This document shows positions 49,682 to 60,982 of a DNA stretch of 64,000 nucleotides, piece after piece. The stretch lies in IMG/VR virus record IMGVR_UViG_3300005518_000003, positions 14,564 through 78,563 of that record; one strand, written 5' to 3'. The notes under the pieces were generated by a model. The model searched no databases and was not told the DNA's origin. It was given only the letters and a program-made list of their open reading frames with translations. The translations under genes were made by a program, and so were the position numbers. The stretch is from a virus. Numbering within the stretch: position 1 is the stretch's first letter; the number at the start of each line of letters is the position of its first letter.

Positions 49682-50242
49682 ATGGAATCACTCAAGGTTT
49701 GGGTCTTGGCTGCGATGGTGACCGCGTGGCTATCCATTGGAAAACTCGTTGGAATCACACCGGTCGACGTTGCTCTCGCCATTGCGCAGGCGTCGATCGA
49801 GAAGCCTCTTTACGAGGGTCCCGAGGGTGCTCTTCGAACGGCGTCGCTGCTCACGGCGGTGGGCGTCTATGAGAGCGGTTTCGACAACAAGGCGAAGGGT
49901 GACTGCAAAGACAAGCCACCTGGATGGCCCGGCTGCGGGAAGGACAACGACAGCGTTCCGACGTCGTTTTGCTTTCTCCAGGTTCATTTCATCGATGGTG
50001 TGACCAAGGTGAAGGGGTACACGCCCGAGGAGTTGATGGCCGATCCGATCAATTGTGCACGCGCCGGCCGCGAGATCATGCGCGACTCGCTTCTGGAGCA
50101 CAAAAAGCGAATCAAAGAAAATCCTGAAGCCGTGAGCGAACCGCTTTTGCAGTACGCCGGCACGGGAACTCAGGCCAGGCGTCGCTTCGAGCTCGCCCGT
50201 AAGCTCTTCAAGGACGTGCCGTACTCGATTCGCTGCGACTAA
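49682..50242 (+). CDS. Lysozyme/transglycosylase-like protein with N-terminal hydrophobic signal
   Basis: LLTAVGVYESGF...GD...FCFLQV resembles the lysozyme-superfamily catalytic Glu helix. Confidence 0.5.
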   Translation: MESLKVWVLAAMVTAWLSIGKLVGITPVDVALAIAQASIEKPLYEGPEGALRTASLLTAVGVYESGFDNKAKGDCKDKPPGWPGCGKDNDSVPTSFCFLQVHFIDGVTKVKGYTPEELMADPINCARAGREIMRDSLLEHKKRIKENPEAVSEPLLQYAGTGTQARRRFELARKLFKDVPYSIRCD

Positions 50243-51330
50243 ACGGAGATGTGTGGCTCGTCGTTCACGATCACAAGGTCTTTATCGGTCCAGGTCGCAC
50301 CGCACGACGTGCAGCGGTGGTAGGGGCCGTTCACCTCAATGAGGGTGTCACCAGCCATATCCTTGTGGTCACATCGGCTCGAGCTGGGCACCGTCACGTC
50401 GTTGCTTTCGACCATCCTCTTCTCTCCTAGTTCGCATCGCGGCAAACCGCACGTTGTACTCGACGGCGTCGTAGACGTCGAACGGACGAATCCACACCTC
50501 CGCGAATTGCACCGCGATGGGCGGTCCCTGGCTGATGAACACGCGCGTTCCGACATGAGCGATTGCGACGATCATGCCCGCTACCGACTCCTGGACGTGG
50601 ATCACCACATTTTCACGCTAGCAGGTTCGGCTGCTGGCGTAGAACGTCCAAAATCAGAACCGCTAGTTTTCCGCGGTCGGTGAGCGTGACGGCCAGAACA
50701 TCGTGCAGGCCGCAGGCCGGACAACGCCGTCGTCTCTCGGAGAGACACCCACGAGCCACCAGCGATCGCATTGCGGGCATGTCCTCTTTCGTGAACGTGC
50801 CCGGTCCTGCACGAAGTGCGCGGAGCAAATATTCTTCTTGAGAGTCGAGCCACTTCACGCTTGGCCCACCGTTTTCTTTGATCCGAAAATCTGATCCCAC
50901 CCTTCACGGTACTTCGGCGTTGAGACCTGCGCAGGTCCGCTTGAGCTCGACGCGGGTTTTTTCGGGACGCCGATCTGCTCCATGTAGCGGTCGACGGATT
51001 CGTGAATCATCTTCACGAAGGGTTCGTTCGGGCATTCTCCACCGCCCTCTTGTCCGAACTCTTTCTTCGTGCGCGGACACTCGGCGTCGTGAACGAGTCC
51101 GGTCGTCTCGTCGTGAAAAAGTTTCTCGGGTTTGTCTTTTTCATCCATGGCGCACCTTGAGAAGTTCAGGGTGTTTTTCGATCGCGATGTCCATCACCCA
51201 GCGTAGGGCCGAAAGCTCAGAACGGTAGCGGTTCGCGGAATTTTCGCTGAGGTTCGGGATGTCGAGCTGCCTTTCGATCCATAAGCAACGTCTTTGAAGC
51301 GTTGCCCATCGATCCCGAAGTCGTGAAGGT

Positions 51331-51939
51331 TCAGTCACCGGTCGCTTCCTCCGACGTAAGAACTTCCTCCGACGTACGAACCCAGCGCCTTTGGACTTTG
51401 TCCCAGATGCATTCTTCACTGAGACGGTTTAGATCGACGCGCGCGCCGGGGTCTTCCTTGGCGCAGCGCACCCAGCCGCTCGTTTGGAAATTCAGTTGCG
51501 CCAGAGGGGGGAGAAGCTTCCAGCGGCACCAGAATCCGTATTCGATGCACTCTTTCACACCAGGCCAGGTGCCGGTCCAACGTATCGACTCGTAGCTCAG
51601 CGACGGCACGTCGCTGCATCCGCAAGAAATGATCTGACCCCCGCAGAACGGGCATTGCTCGACGTCGCACCCTGGATCGTGCTCATGGCCGGGAAGCGCA
51701 TTGCAGTCGTGGCAGCGATGCTCTTCGAAGCGAGCGCGAATCCGTTCGACGGCGGTAGAAAGCCGAGCCTGCTTTGCCGGCACGCTGGATTCTTGTTCGC
51801 GCTTCACGGCCCACGGATTCGCTTCGCGAGTCTTTGCCCAATCCACGTCGCCGTCGTCGTCGAACACGATCATCACGGGCGAGCCGTCGCCCCAAAGTCG
51901 TGGGTGCCCGTTGTTGTCGCAAAGCGTTTCGATGTTCAT
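51331..51939 (-). CDS. Cys/His-rich metal-binding protein
   Basis: CHDC....G..H..GCDVEQCPFCGGQIISCGC. Confidence 0.6.
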   Translation of the reverse strand: MNIETLCDNNGHPRLWGDGSPVMIVFDDDGDVDWAKTREANPWAVKREQESSVPAKQARLSTAVERIRARFEEHRCHDCNALPGHEHDPGCDVEQCPFCGGQIISCGCSDVPSLSYESIRWTGTWPGVKECIEYGFWCRWKLLPPLAQLNFQTSGWVRCAKEDPGARVDLNRLSEECIWDKVQRRWVRTSEEVLTSEEATGD

Positions 51940-52516
51940 TTGTCTAGCTCGAGTCGCTGCTGGTGGAACTTCTCTACGTCGCGTCCCTCTGGCAAGAGGT
52001 ATGCGTCAGCGATCGTTTTGTCCTTCCGAACCTTGAGAATGTCGTCGGTCGCCTTATCAACGGGTCCGCGGAAACGTGCGATGAATCTTTTACTCCCGAG
52101 GTAGCGGATCCAAACGATGTGAGGCAGGTGTGAGGTGAGCTGTTCACTTGGCATGTTCCCTCTTCACTTCTTGAAGCTCATGGAATTTTCGTTCGGCTTC
52201 TTCGACCTCGTTCATCGCCTTCTCGGAGACCTCGCCGCGTGTTTTGTTTTGGCGGAGCGCACGGTCGAGCGCGCTATGCCAACGGCCACGAGCGAACGCA
52301 ATGGCAAGGTCGAGCGCTTTCATTGTCTTTCGACCTCTGCACGCATTGTGCGCGCCACGAGATGAGCGATCTTTGGCCATTTGAATGGCTTCGCTGCGCC
52401 GCGCCAGTGCACGAAGCTTTCGCCGTCCCAGTAGGTTTGACTACCGGGTTTCTTCACGAACTCTTCGCGAGGGCCTTTCCACTCAAAGCGCCATTTGACG
52501 ATGATCCAGAGCGCTT

Positions 52517-53182
52517 TCACCACGGGATTTGTCCTTCCGCGCGTCGTTTCTCTTTCAGGACGCTGATGGCTAGATGCGCGCGTTCATTCCATCGGGCATC
52601 GAAGAGCGCATTGTGCTCGAGTCCTGTTTCTTGCGGTGGAAGTTCCTCGCGCGTGATGCCGTGGACCGCCATCTCTTGCTTCAAGTCGAGGCAGTACATC
52701 GGCAGAAGCTTCGGCAGATCGATCATTCGACCAAATATTTGGCAAAACAAAACCCAGTCGTAGTCTGCGAAATAGCCCCAGATCTGGGGCTTCGTCGGCT
52801 TCTCGCCCTCAACTCCAGCGAGGACGAGCTTCAGTCCTTGCCTGACCGGTCCTCGGAAAAATTCGAGCAGGTCATCGCGAATCTGCGCGCGGCTTCGGAT
52901 GTCGAGTCCTTGCTCTTCGCGAAGCTCGGCGAGCGCTTCCGGGTCGCCACCGTCAACGTAAGAAAGAATCCGACCGTTGAGACAGCTCGGGTTGATGCGC
53001 GAATGAAGAGACAGAAACGGAAGAACGTGTTCGCGGACCCACGGATTGACCTGCTTCGGATCCCATCCATCGCCAGCGACCGCGTAGTATTCGCGACCGT
53101 CTTCGCAGCGAACGCCGATCGAGATCAGGTTGATGCGGCCGTAGCCGCTCTCGTCGAATTCGGTGTCGAGGTAGTAACGCAT
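52517..53182 (-). CDS. DEDDh 3'-5' exo(ribo)nuclease (Rv2179c-like)
   Basis: YLDTEF, LISIG, ADYDWV, HNALFDARW. Confidence 0.85.
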   Translation of the reverse strand: MRYYLDTEFDESGYGRINLISIGVRCEDGREYYAVAGDGWDPKQVNPWVREHVLPFLSLHSRINPSCLNGRILSYVDGGDPEALAELREEQGLDIRSRAQIRDDLLEFFRGPVRQGLKLVLAGVEGEKPTKPQIWGYFADYDWVLFCQIFGRMIDLPKLLPMYCLDLKQEMAVHGITREELPPQETGLEHNALFDARWNERAHLAISVLKEKRRAEGQIPW

Positions 53183-53517
53183 AAGCTTACTCTACCACGC
53201 TCTCTTCGTCGTCGGATACTTTCAGTGGGTGCCAAATCCCAGCATCGCGTTCTTCGCGAATCGTAAGACGTCGAGAGGCGAGTGGTCTCAAGTCTTCGAA
53301 AGAGTTGTGACCATGCACGCGCCCGTACTTGGTCGTGCGTGGGCGATTGCTTTTGCTCTTTCGCATCTCGACGAATCGAGCATCGTGAGCGACGCTGCCT
53401 CGGCGCCTAGATTCGTTTTTGTACACACACGGCTCACCAGGTTTCGCTTTGCAGCGTGGGCATTCCACATTCGTGATGATCGGAACGTACTCGGCGCGTT
53501 CCTTCTCGGTGACAGGA

Positions 53518-53925
53518 TTAGGCATGGCTCGCTGCCTTGAGTTGACGGTCTGCTCCGATCTGCATCGCGTGGAGCTCGCCGTAGGTCTTGTTGCTCTTTG
53601 GTTCAACCAGATGCGCAAGGAACACGTCCTCGAACGCGAAGACACCGCTGACAACTCCTTCGAGCTGGGCCTTGATGATGAGCGCGAAGGCGCGCCAGAG
53701 GCGACGATGCTCTTTCGCGTACATGTCCGGGCGCTTGAACTTATTTCGGTCTGGAGACGGGAGCACGAACCGCACGCGATGGCCTCGGAATTCGAACGCC
53801 ATCATGCAGCGGTCGCCTTCGTAGACCGTGGCCAAGCGACTCGCACCGTATTTGATGACGAATCGCTCGATCTCTGCGCGTGAGCGCTCGACCGAAACGC
53901 GTGTGTTGGCTGCAAACCTTCTCAT
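53518..53925 (-). CDS. Conserved phage hypothetical protein
   Basis: T.VSVERSRAEIE...WRA..LIIKAQLE......FEDVFLAH. Confidence 0.6.
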   Translation of the reverse strand: MRRFAANTRVSVERSRAEIERFVIKYGASRLATVYEGDRCMMAFEFRGHRVRFVLPSPDRNKFKRPDMYAKEHRRLWRAFALIIKAQLEGVVSGVFAFEDVFLAHLVEPKSNKTYGELHAMQIGADRQLKAASHA

Positions 53926-54118
53926 GGCTCCATCCTTTTCTGGTAACCCTCGTTCGCGCAATCGACGAAGAACTGCATCGGAGCAACGACGCGCTCGTTG
54001 AATTCTCGCCTTTCGTGGTCATTCGTCGCCCGTCGTCGAGCAACGATGTTTCCGTTCCTATCTGAGACGATGACCTCTTCACCATCGGAGGTAAGCCACC
54101 ACTGAATCATGCCGGCTT

Positions 54119-54355
54119 TCATTCGTAGGCCTCCTCTTCCATTTGTTCGCGCATCTTCTCGACCTCGCGTTCCAGCGCAGGATGCGCCTTGAGCCAGCGC
54201 CCGATTGTCGAGCGCGAAACGCCAAGCGCACGCGCGGCCTCGTTCAGATTGCCCTGCGCCTCCGTGATGGCTTTTTTCACACGGAGGTGTGCTTGTCCCC
54301 ACGGGCCGATCATGGCGACCGACAGCTCTGGGTTTCCACTTCGAAAGATCGTCAT
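54119..54355 (-). CDS. Fis-type HTH protein
   Basis: AITEAQGNLNEAARALGVSRSTIGRWL. Confidence 0.8.
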   Translation of the reverse strand: MTIFRSGNPELSVAMIGPWGQAHLRVKKAITEAQGNLNEAARALGVSRSTIGRWLKAHPALEREVEKMREQMEEEAYE

Positions 54356-55444
54356 CGTCGTTTTCTCCTGTTCCGAAGGTCCTGAATCCATTTCTTCTGT
54401 TGGTCGATGAGCGCGCGTTGCTTCTCCAACAGATCGGCGGCTTGGCGAAGTGTTTCCGCTGCCGCCTTCACCATCTCGGGTGATGGCTCCTCTTCGAGAC
54501 GTCGAGCAATCTCGCGCGTCATCATCTCGACGGTGAGATTCGCGAAGAGACCGAGCACTTCGGCAACGGTTCTCACTGGCGTGCGGTAGGGATCAGAGCC
54601 CACGAGTCCGCCTTTCGAAATCGACGAAGAACGGATCGTTCGGTTGCGAATGGCACTTCTTGCACGAATAGCGTCCGGTCTTCGGGTCCCAAAGACTCGG
54701 ACCGGGACCACCGCACGGTTCGCACCGTCGCAGGCTTGCTTTGGTCGTTTGATCGTGCGCTGGTAATCCGAATTCGTGCGAACCGAATTTGTTGAAGTGA
54801 TCACCAATCGTAAGTCGGCACTCGTGGAGCATCTTCGCCAACTCCTCGTAGCCGGCTTCGCGAAGATCATCCTCCTCCTCGTGGAGAGTGTCCGCGCACT
54901 TGATCAAACACTGGCCCACGTCCCATTTGGTGAGGCTCATAGCGGCGTCTCTGCTTTCTCTCCGGCTTTGCGCGCCAGGTCCGGCGCAAGTTTCAGAATG
55001 ATGCCGAGCTTTACTGCCGTGCCGTGGTATTGGCGAACCGGATCGTCGCCAGGCACGTCGATTCCGACGATCAAGAATTTCCAGCCGTCCGCGTGGCCCT
55101 GATACGCTTTGAAGTTGATGACCGGCGCGGCCTTGTCGATCTCGTGGAGATCGGGAATCCAGACCACCTTAGGCAGCGCGGCTTCGACCTCGACAAGCGC
55201 CTTTCGGATCGCGTCCAATGCCGAGCGTTGGTAGTCGCGAAGATAGTCGCTCATTCGATCCTCCATTCGCCCACGGACCGGCCTTCAAGGTTGATGATGC
55301 CGCGTCGCGTGATCGATTCAGAAATACGCGGTGTGTCTTCGCTCTCCTTCATGAGAAAGCGTCCGGTTCTCACGAGAAGCTCGCCCACGCCCTTGGTAGC
55401 TGCGATGCCGTCGTCATCGTTGATGTTGATCTCCAAGACGAGCT

Positions 55445-55981
55445 TCATGGAGTCTCCTTCGGAGGGTTCGGAGTGACGCTGTAACCGGGGATGCCTTTGG
55501 CTTCGTTCGCGCGCGCGATGTCCATGATTCGCTGCACGGCGTGCGCGGGGCCACCTCGGACCTTACGGAGCCCATCGCGTGTGATCTCCATCACGAGCAC
55601 GTGCTGGCCCATCGCTTCAAGAGCGCCGTTCGCCCGCTCCGTGCGAGACGCGCCGGCCTTGAGCTCGTGAATCATGATGTACGCATCGGGGTCTTCTTCG
55701 TTCGTGTCGGTATCGCTGACCGTGAACGTCGAGACGCTGAGTACGAAGCCGATACGGTCCGGACGAAAATCTTCGGGAAGCGTTCCGGCAAGCCAAAGAC
55801 ACTCGTAGCTGGCGCAATCTTCGGGACGAGTCTTGTAGATCGCGCAGCCTTTGATCGGACCGCGTCTCAGGTGCTTGCATCGCTCGTAGTCGGCCTTGCC
55901 GAGCGATTTCACTTGGAGCGCTTCGCAGCACGCCGTGCACGAGCCGCATGACCGTTCTTGGACGAGCGGAAGTCGAGTCAC
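55445..55981 (-). CDS. YkgJ-like CxxCxxCC cysteine-cluster protein
   Basis: CGSCTACC...C.HL...CAIY..RP..C..Y.CLW. Confidence 0.75.
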   Translation of the reverse strand: MTRLPLVQERSCGSCTACCEALQVKSLGKADYERCKHLRRGPIKGCAIYKTRPEDCASYECLWLAGTLPEDFRPDRIGFVLSVSTFTVSDTDTNEEDPDAYIMIHELKAGASRTERANGALEAMGQHVLVMEITRDGLRKVRGGPAHAVQRIMDIARANEAKGIPGYSVTPNPPKETP

Positions 55982-56647
55982 GGTTTCACCTTGGCGCGGG
56001 CGGCTTGGTATTCGGCGTCCAGTGCGCAGCCGTGACACCACTGGTCCTTGAATACGAACGGGATCCGCGTGTCGCACGACGTTCCGTACGAACATCGGTG
56101 GTGTCGAAAGGCTGAATGAAACGCATCCGCCTTCTCCAACGCGGCTTCTTGCTGGGCGATGCGCACGTTGGCGTGGTGCAGTCTTGATTCCAGCTCGCCA
56201 ATGAGAAGGCCAGGCGTCGTGCCTCCAGAATTGTACAAACGCTGGACCTCGGCTTCGAGTTGGGCGATGCGGGCGTGCATTTCGTTTTGCACATCGCATA
56301 GCCGTGCGATCTCTCTCAGCAGCGGCTTTTGCACCTCCTCGAACTGAAAGGTGAGGGAGGCAACGGTGTTTGCGCCTCCGTAGCCACTACGCGGATCTTC
56401 CAGCCACTTCTGCGCGCGCTCTTCGTCGGTCATCGTTCCCTCGCAATCTTTGCCATCGCGATCAGCGCCTTGCCGAGCCGTTCGGCCTCGATAGGTCGCA
56501 GCCCAATCTCGAATGCTGCTTCAAGTGAAGTTCCTCGCGGCGTGTGCATGTCGAGGACGTACTTGCCGGTGAACACGTCCACCGTTTGCTCGATGACGAT
56601 GGGGATGTCGCCAATCAGGTTCACAACTCTACTTCGTTGGGTTTTTC

Positions 56648-56869
56648 TCATTTGATGTGCTCTCGTAATGCGTCGAGTCCAGTCGCAGCGTGTCTCGTGT
56701 TCCACTGCATACTGGCGCTGCGCGCTGGGATTTCCTCAAGATCCGGAATCTTGATCGCACGCGTCTCGTGTGGACCCTGCGCTCCACACGAAAGGCATAT
56801 GACACGTTCGACGCCGTACTCCGAGCGCGTATAAAGGGACGTCGAACCGCAAAAGGGACACGGTTTCAC
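56648..56869 (-). CDS. Lar-family restriction-alleviation-like Zn finger
   Basis: KPCPFCGS...C..CGAQGP...WNTR. Confidence 0.7.
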   Translation of the reverse strand: MKPCPFCGSTSLYTRSEYGVERVICLSCGAQGPHETRAIKIPDLEEIPARSASMQWNTRHAATGLDALREHIK

Positions 56870-57336
56870 TGCCAGAGCCCCCAGCACGAATTCGTGACGT
56901 ACGCGGGAGCGGGCGAATTTTTGATGTCCGTGCAGCTCGCGCTTTGCAGGTCCGAGAGGCACTGCGTCTCGCAGAGCATCTTGTTCGAGCATGAGCTAAC
57001 GCTGATCTGCGCAGCGCATTGCGAACCGCCTGCGTTCGCCCACGCAGACATGCACTGTCCGTTGCAGCACGTTTTCATGCGTGCGCACCATGCCGTGATC
57101 GCGTCGTTGCAAGCTGGCGTTCCCGTGGGGCACACCCACGAATCGACACCGGTATCGACGGTGGACGAGTCCCGGCTGTCTTCGCGTGCATCTAGTCCAC
57201 CACCGTCACCAGTGGTTTCGCTGCCTTGAGCGTCGAGTGGACTAGCATCGCCCGAATCGGGTCCGGAATCGCCCGGTGCGCGCGTGAAGTCGTCGGGACC
57301 GCACGCGGCGAGAAGAAGAAAAAGTGCGTATCGCAT
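56866..57336 (-). CDS. Cys-rich lipoprotein
   Basis: Lipobox LLAAC, D-[AST]-G linker repeats, Cys-rich C-terminal domain. Confidence 0.8.
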   Translation of the reverse strand: MRYALFLLLAACGPDDFTRAPGDSGPDSGDASPLDAQGSETTGDGGGLDAREDSRDSSTVDTGVDSWVCPTGTPACNDAITAWCARMKTCCNGQCMSAWANAGGSQCAAQISVSSCSNKMLCETQCLSDLQSASCTDIKNSPAPAYVTNSCWGLWQ

Positions 57337-57339
57337 GAC

Positions 57340-57555
57340 CTAGCATTCCAATCCTGCGCGCCTGAGCTTCGCGCGCGTGTTGTAGTAAGCGCCGGGGCTC
57401 GCTTTGGTCGTCGTGCACCACGCCACAAAACGACCCTCCGGTGTGTAGAAGTGAATGTGTGCGCTTCCGCTCCGTGTGGTGCGCCAGCCGGATTCCTCGG
57501 CAATGCGAATCAGTTCGCGAAGCTTGTCGTCTCGAACGCCTTGGGTGTTGCTCAT
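57340..57555 (-). CDS. HicA-like small protein
   Basis: GW...RSGSAHIHF..P.G pattern. Confidence 0.55.
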   Translation of the reverse strand: MSNTQGVRDDKLRELIRIAEESGWRTTRSGSAHIHFYTPEGRFVAWCTTTKASPGAYYNTRAKLRRAGLEC

Positions 57556-57739
57556 GGCTTCGCTCCGGGTTTCTTCACGGGAGATGGCGCAGGACGCGTA
57601 TCGATCTTTGCTACGCGGTTCCGATATTCGTCGAGCATGTAGTCGGCGCTCTTCGCTGCTCGTTCAATGTCGAAAGTGTCGGCACGAGTCATTGCGGCGC
57701 ATGCGAACTGAACCCACACGTTAGCTTCATGTTGGTTTC

Positions 57740-58354
57740 TCACGGCATCCTCCCGTACTTGACCGTGTACTGAATCGCAGCGGTCAGCTCGTGCTCGTCC
57801 GTGTTCTCGAATCTGTCCGTGATCGCGCGAAGGCACATCCGAGCCTTCTCCACGTCTTTACGATCCCACTCCCCTGGTCTCACCATCATTAGGAAGTCGT
57901 AGACTTCTCGTTGTAGCTTGCGAAACGGTTGGGTGTACGGCTCGCCTAGCCCGTCTTTCTTGGGAGCCCACGGGTCGAGAACGGTTTCCAATTCCTTGCG
58001 GAGCTTCGCGACCTCGAGCTCTAGCTCGGGGAGCTTCACGATGCGCGCCATCAGGGCTTCGACGTTCGAACCACCATCGACGCGGATCCGTCCGTTTCCT
58101 GTCTCGACAGATCGTCCACCTTTGGCGAGCTTCCACGCGCCATCGTAAACGGTCGCCATGCCTTTGGGTGCCAGCCAAGCCTTGCCGCACTTCTGGCAAG
58201 CCATCCAACCGCGCAGCGTGAGACCTCCGCACGTGTCGCCCACGAGATTAGGATCGAACTTCAGATCGCCACCGCAATCCGGGCAGATCTGGAAAAGCTC
58301 GTGCGCGAATGAATCGATCGATTCCGGTGCGGCTTTTTTCTTCTTCGCGCTCAT
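57740..58354 (-). CDS. Zn-ribbon hypothetical protein
   Basis: CPDCG...CQKCG. Confidence 0.55.
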   Translation of the reverse strand: MSAKKKKAAPESIDSFAHELFQICPDCGGDLKFDPNLVGDTCGGLTLRGWMACQKCGKAWLAPKGMATVYDGAWKLAKGGRSVETGNGRIRVDGGSNVEALMARIVKLPELELEVAKLRKELETVLDPWAPKKDGLGEPYTQPFRKLQREVYDFLMMVRPGEWDRKDVEKARMCLRAITDRFENTDEHELTAAIQYTVKYGRMP

Positions 58355-58580
58355 TTCTCGTATCCGTTCTCGCGAAGGCGACGGATGCGCTCGCGCGAAT
58401 CCTTCCGTGCCTTCTCTGCGTTTCGAGCGCGCCAACGCTCTTGCGCCTCGCGATTCTGACGCTTGGCGCGTTCGGGGTCCTCGGCACGGTAGCGAGCGAC
58501 GCGATTGCGTTCGTGTGCGCGCACGTCTTCTAGCTCATCGTCCTTTTCTTCTGCGCGGTTCGCAGGCGGAGGGAGCTTGC

Positions 58581-59435
58581 TCATGACGTCTTCTTTCGTC
58601 GGATGCGCTTAGGCTTCGAAGGTTCTAGGTGTTTTCGCGCAATGTCTGCCCACGTTCCGCGCGGTTCGATCGCGAGGTATCGCTGCCAGCTCACGCGTGC
58701 GCGTTCGCGATTGCTCGTTTGCTCGCACGCCATGCCGAGGTTGAACCACGCGTCAGCGAAGCGCGGGTCAATGTCTACGGCCCGCTCGAGAGAGGAGACT
58801 GCGTCCTTCGGTTTGCCACGGTCGAGGAAGATGTATCCGAGGTTGTAGTGAGCTTCCGCGCATCGCGGATCGTCCTCGATCGCGCGCCGGTAAGCTTCTT
58901 CGGCTTTCGCGACGTTACCGCCACGGAAGTAGAGGTTTCCGAGGTTGCATCGCGCGTTGGCGAATGCCGGCTCGATAGCGAGCGCGCGGAGGTAGAGATC
59001 TTCCGCCTTCTTCGGCTCGACGTCATCGATCTCCGTGGCTTCGCGGTAGAGATCGTCCGCGCTACGCGTGTCGGACTGGCCTTCGCCCTCGATCACTCGC
59101 AGCCCGTGCTTCGCGTAGTGCTCGCGAATCGCAAAGAGATTGAGACCAGGCGATTCGATTCGCTTTTCCAGCGTCTTGATGTGTTGCCTGAGATCTTCGA
59201 TAGTCGATTGCGCTTCGATTAGCTCGTCCGAATCGCCCTCTTTGTCGGAAAGCTCCTCCTCTTTGTCGGCAAGGTCCTTCTTCACGCTTTCTGCGTAGTC
59301 GGAGACGTCCTGCCATTCGCATTCGAGAACGAACGCCGCTTCATGAAGCACCGTCAGCGCTTCGTGGAGCCGTTCGCGCAGATCGCGCTCGGGTACGCCG
59401 TGTGCTTCTAGCCAAGCCGTGGTGTAGGCGCTCAC
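58581..59435 (-). CDS. Coiled-coil plus TPR-repeat protein
   Basis: Repeated A..NLG.......A...Y.RA...DP units. Confidence 0.88.
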   Translation of the reverse strand: MSAYTTAWLEAHGVPERDLRERLHEALTVLHEAAFVLECEWQDVSDYAESVKKDLADKEEELSDKEGDSDELIEAQSTIEDLRQHIKTLEKRIESPGLNLFAIREHYAKHGLRVIEGEGQSDTRSADDLYREATEIDDVEPKKAEDLYLRALAIEPAFANARCNLGNLYFRGGNVAKAEEAYRRAIEDDPRCAEAHYNLGYIFLDRGKPKDAVSSLERAVDIDPRFADAWFNLGMACEQTSNRERARVSWQRYLAIEPRGTWADIARKHLEPSKPKRIRRKKTS

Positions 59436-59691
59436 TTCGCACCGCCCTTCAGAGCGGCGCGGCCAGCGTCGGTGAGCTGCAAAAACTGGCGATCGTAGGT
59501 CCAGGCGGCAAGGCCGCGCTCGACCAAAACTTCCGAATCGTACTGATCGCAAGGGTTGGCAAGGCCGTGGGTCTCCAGCGCTTCCAACGCGTCGCGCTGC
59601 GCTTTCGTGAGCTTTGGTGTGGCTAATACATCAGCGCACGGTCCGGAGTGGCCGCGATCGTGGTAACAGCGCGTGCTGCATCTGGGCGCGC

Positions 59692-60132
59692 TCATGGCGT
59701 CGCCCCAGGCTTTGGGGTGTGATCGGTGAGGTACTCGTCCACCTTCGCGTTCAGGGCTTCTACGAAAACGTCCGTGAGGTAGTCCTTGACCTCGTTGCGG
59801 TCACGTCCTGAGATCGTGAGGCGAAACCCCCACGCAAGAGACGGACGCACGGTCACGGTGTGTTCGGTCCACCCGTCGTAGTGGCCCGTGTCATTCATGT
59901 GATGGTAGGCCGTCGTGAATACAAGTCGGTCCCCGGTCGATCGATCGATGTCGATCTTCGTTCCGTTGTCGATGCCAGCGCCGGACGGCATGTGCTGGGC
60001 TACAAGCTCGCGAACGCGGGCGAGATGATTCGCACGCCATTCCGCAGCGTTCGCGTTGGTCTTTTTCGTTTGCTCGCATGTGCGGGCAGCGTCGAGCGCC
60101 GCCGCAAGTGCTTGATAGAGCGGTTTCTTCAC
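59692..60132 (-). CDS. Conserved phage hypothetical protein
   Basis: PSGAGID.G, YHHMNDTGHYDGWT.H...V.PSL. Confidence 0.6.
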   Translation of the reverse strand: MKKPLYQALAAALDAARTCEQTKKTNANAAEWRANHLARVRELVAQHMPSGAGIDNGTKIDIDRSTGDRLVFTTAYHHMNDTGHYDGWTEHTVTVRPSLAWGFRLTISGRDRNEVKDYLTDVFVEALNAKVDEYLTDHTPKPGATP

Positions 60133-60259
60133 GGTCGCTTTCCTTTCCTCGGCTCGTGTGCCGAAAGAAGAATGCGATCCGGGGATCAAACCTCCGTCCG
60201 ATCGCGTTCTTCTTTCGGCGCGCGAATGCGCGCCTAGCTCACTAAGTGAGCATCCGTCG

Positions 60260-60982
60260 TCACTTTGACAAGAGACGTTGTGAACGCTCTGGCAAGGCGC
60301 TTCGTTGGGTGATGCCTGCGCCGTCGCGCTTGCCTTGCTGGTACGCGCCGCTATCGCGGACCGATCCGCTCGTGCGCGCCTTCCCGAGCTTGGGATAGCA
60401 AGAGTCACGCGCGCCCGTGGCGAGCTTATGGCGTTCGTCGAGCAATACGAGAGCGCTCGACGTCGCGGTTTTGGTTTCCTCTTTGCGAGCGACGTACATC
60501 GCTTCGCGGATTCCAGCGACCGCGCCCATGCAGTAGGAATTCCGCCACGCGCGGCCTTTGCCTTTGCCGTTCAGCTCGCAGAGCCGAGCGATCTCGACCG
60601 CGAGGTACGCGTATTGGAAACGAACGATCGCAAGGTCAGACTTGCGACCGAACATGTGAACACCCTGCTTCCACGTTCCGCCGTCATACCCGGCGATTCC
60701 GAGTACAACGCGGCACGAGTATTGATTGCAGAGCGCAGAGATGAGCTGAATCTGCCAGTGGACGGTGCGCTTACCGTCCCAAAGCAGATCTTTCGCGTCC
60801 ACGATCGGATCGTCGGGAAGCTCGTCGCGGTTACCCGCCGCTTCCACCTGCGCGGATTCGATCCGGAATTGTTGCATGATGCGTTCGGCGGCGGCGGCGG
60901 CGGCGGCGGCTTCGTTCGCGTTGCTAGATTGGGACAACGCGCGGAGCTTCACCACCTTTGCCAGTGCTTCATCAAAAGTCAT
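60260..60982 (-). CDS. DUF2786 domain protein
   Basis: KVVKLRALSQSSNANEAAAA...ERIM, R.SYC.GAV, AY..G..DG. Confidence 0.75.
   Translation of the reverse strand: MTFDEALAKVVKLRALSQSSNANEAAAAAAAAERIMQQFRIESAQVEAAGNRDELPDDPIVDAKDLLWDGKRTVHWQIQLISALCNQYSCRVVLGIAGYDGGTWKQGVHMFGRKSDLAIVRFQYAYLAVEIARLCELNGKGKGRAWRNSYCMGAVAGIREAMYVARKEETKTATSSALVLLDERHKLATGARDSCYPKLGKARTSGSVRDSGAYQQGKRDGAGITQRSALPERSQRLLSK

Noticed and set aside
60885-60912. (GGC)n microsatellite
   Set aside because: Encodes the poly-Ala helix of the DUF2786 domain; in-frame, no sign of phase variation
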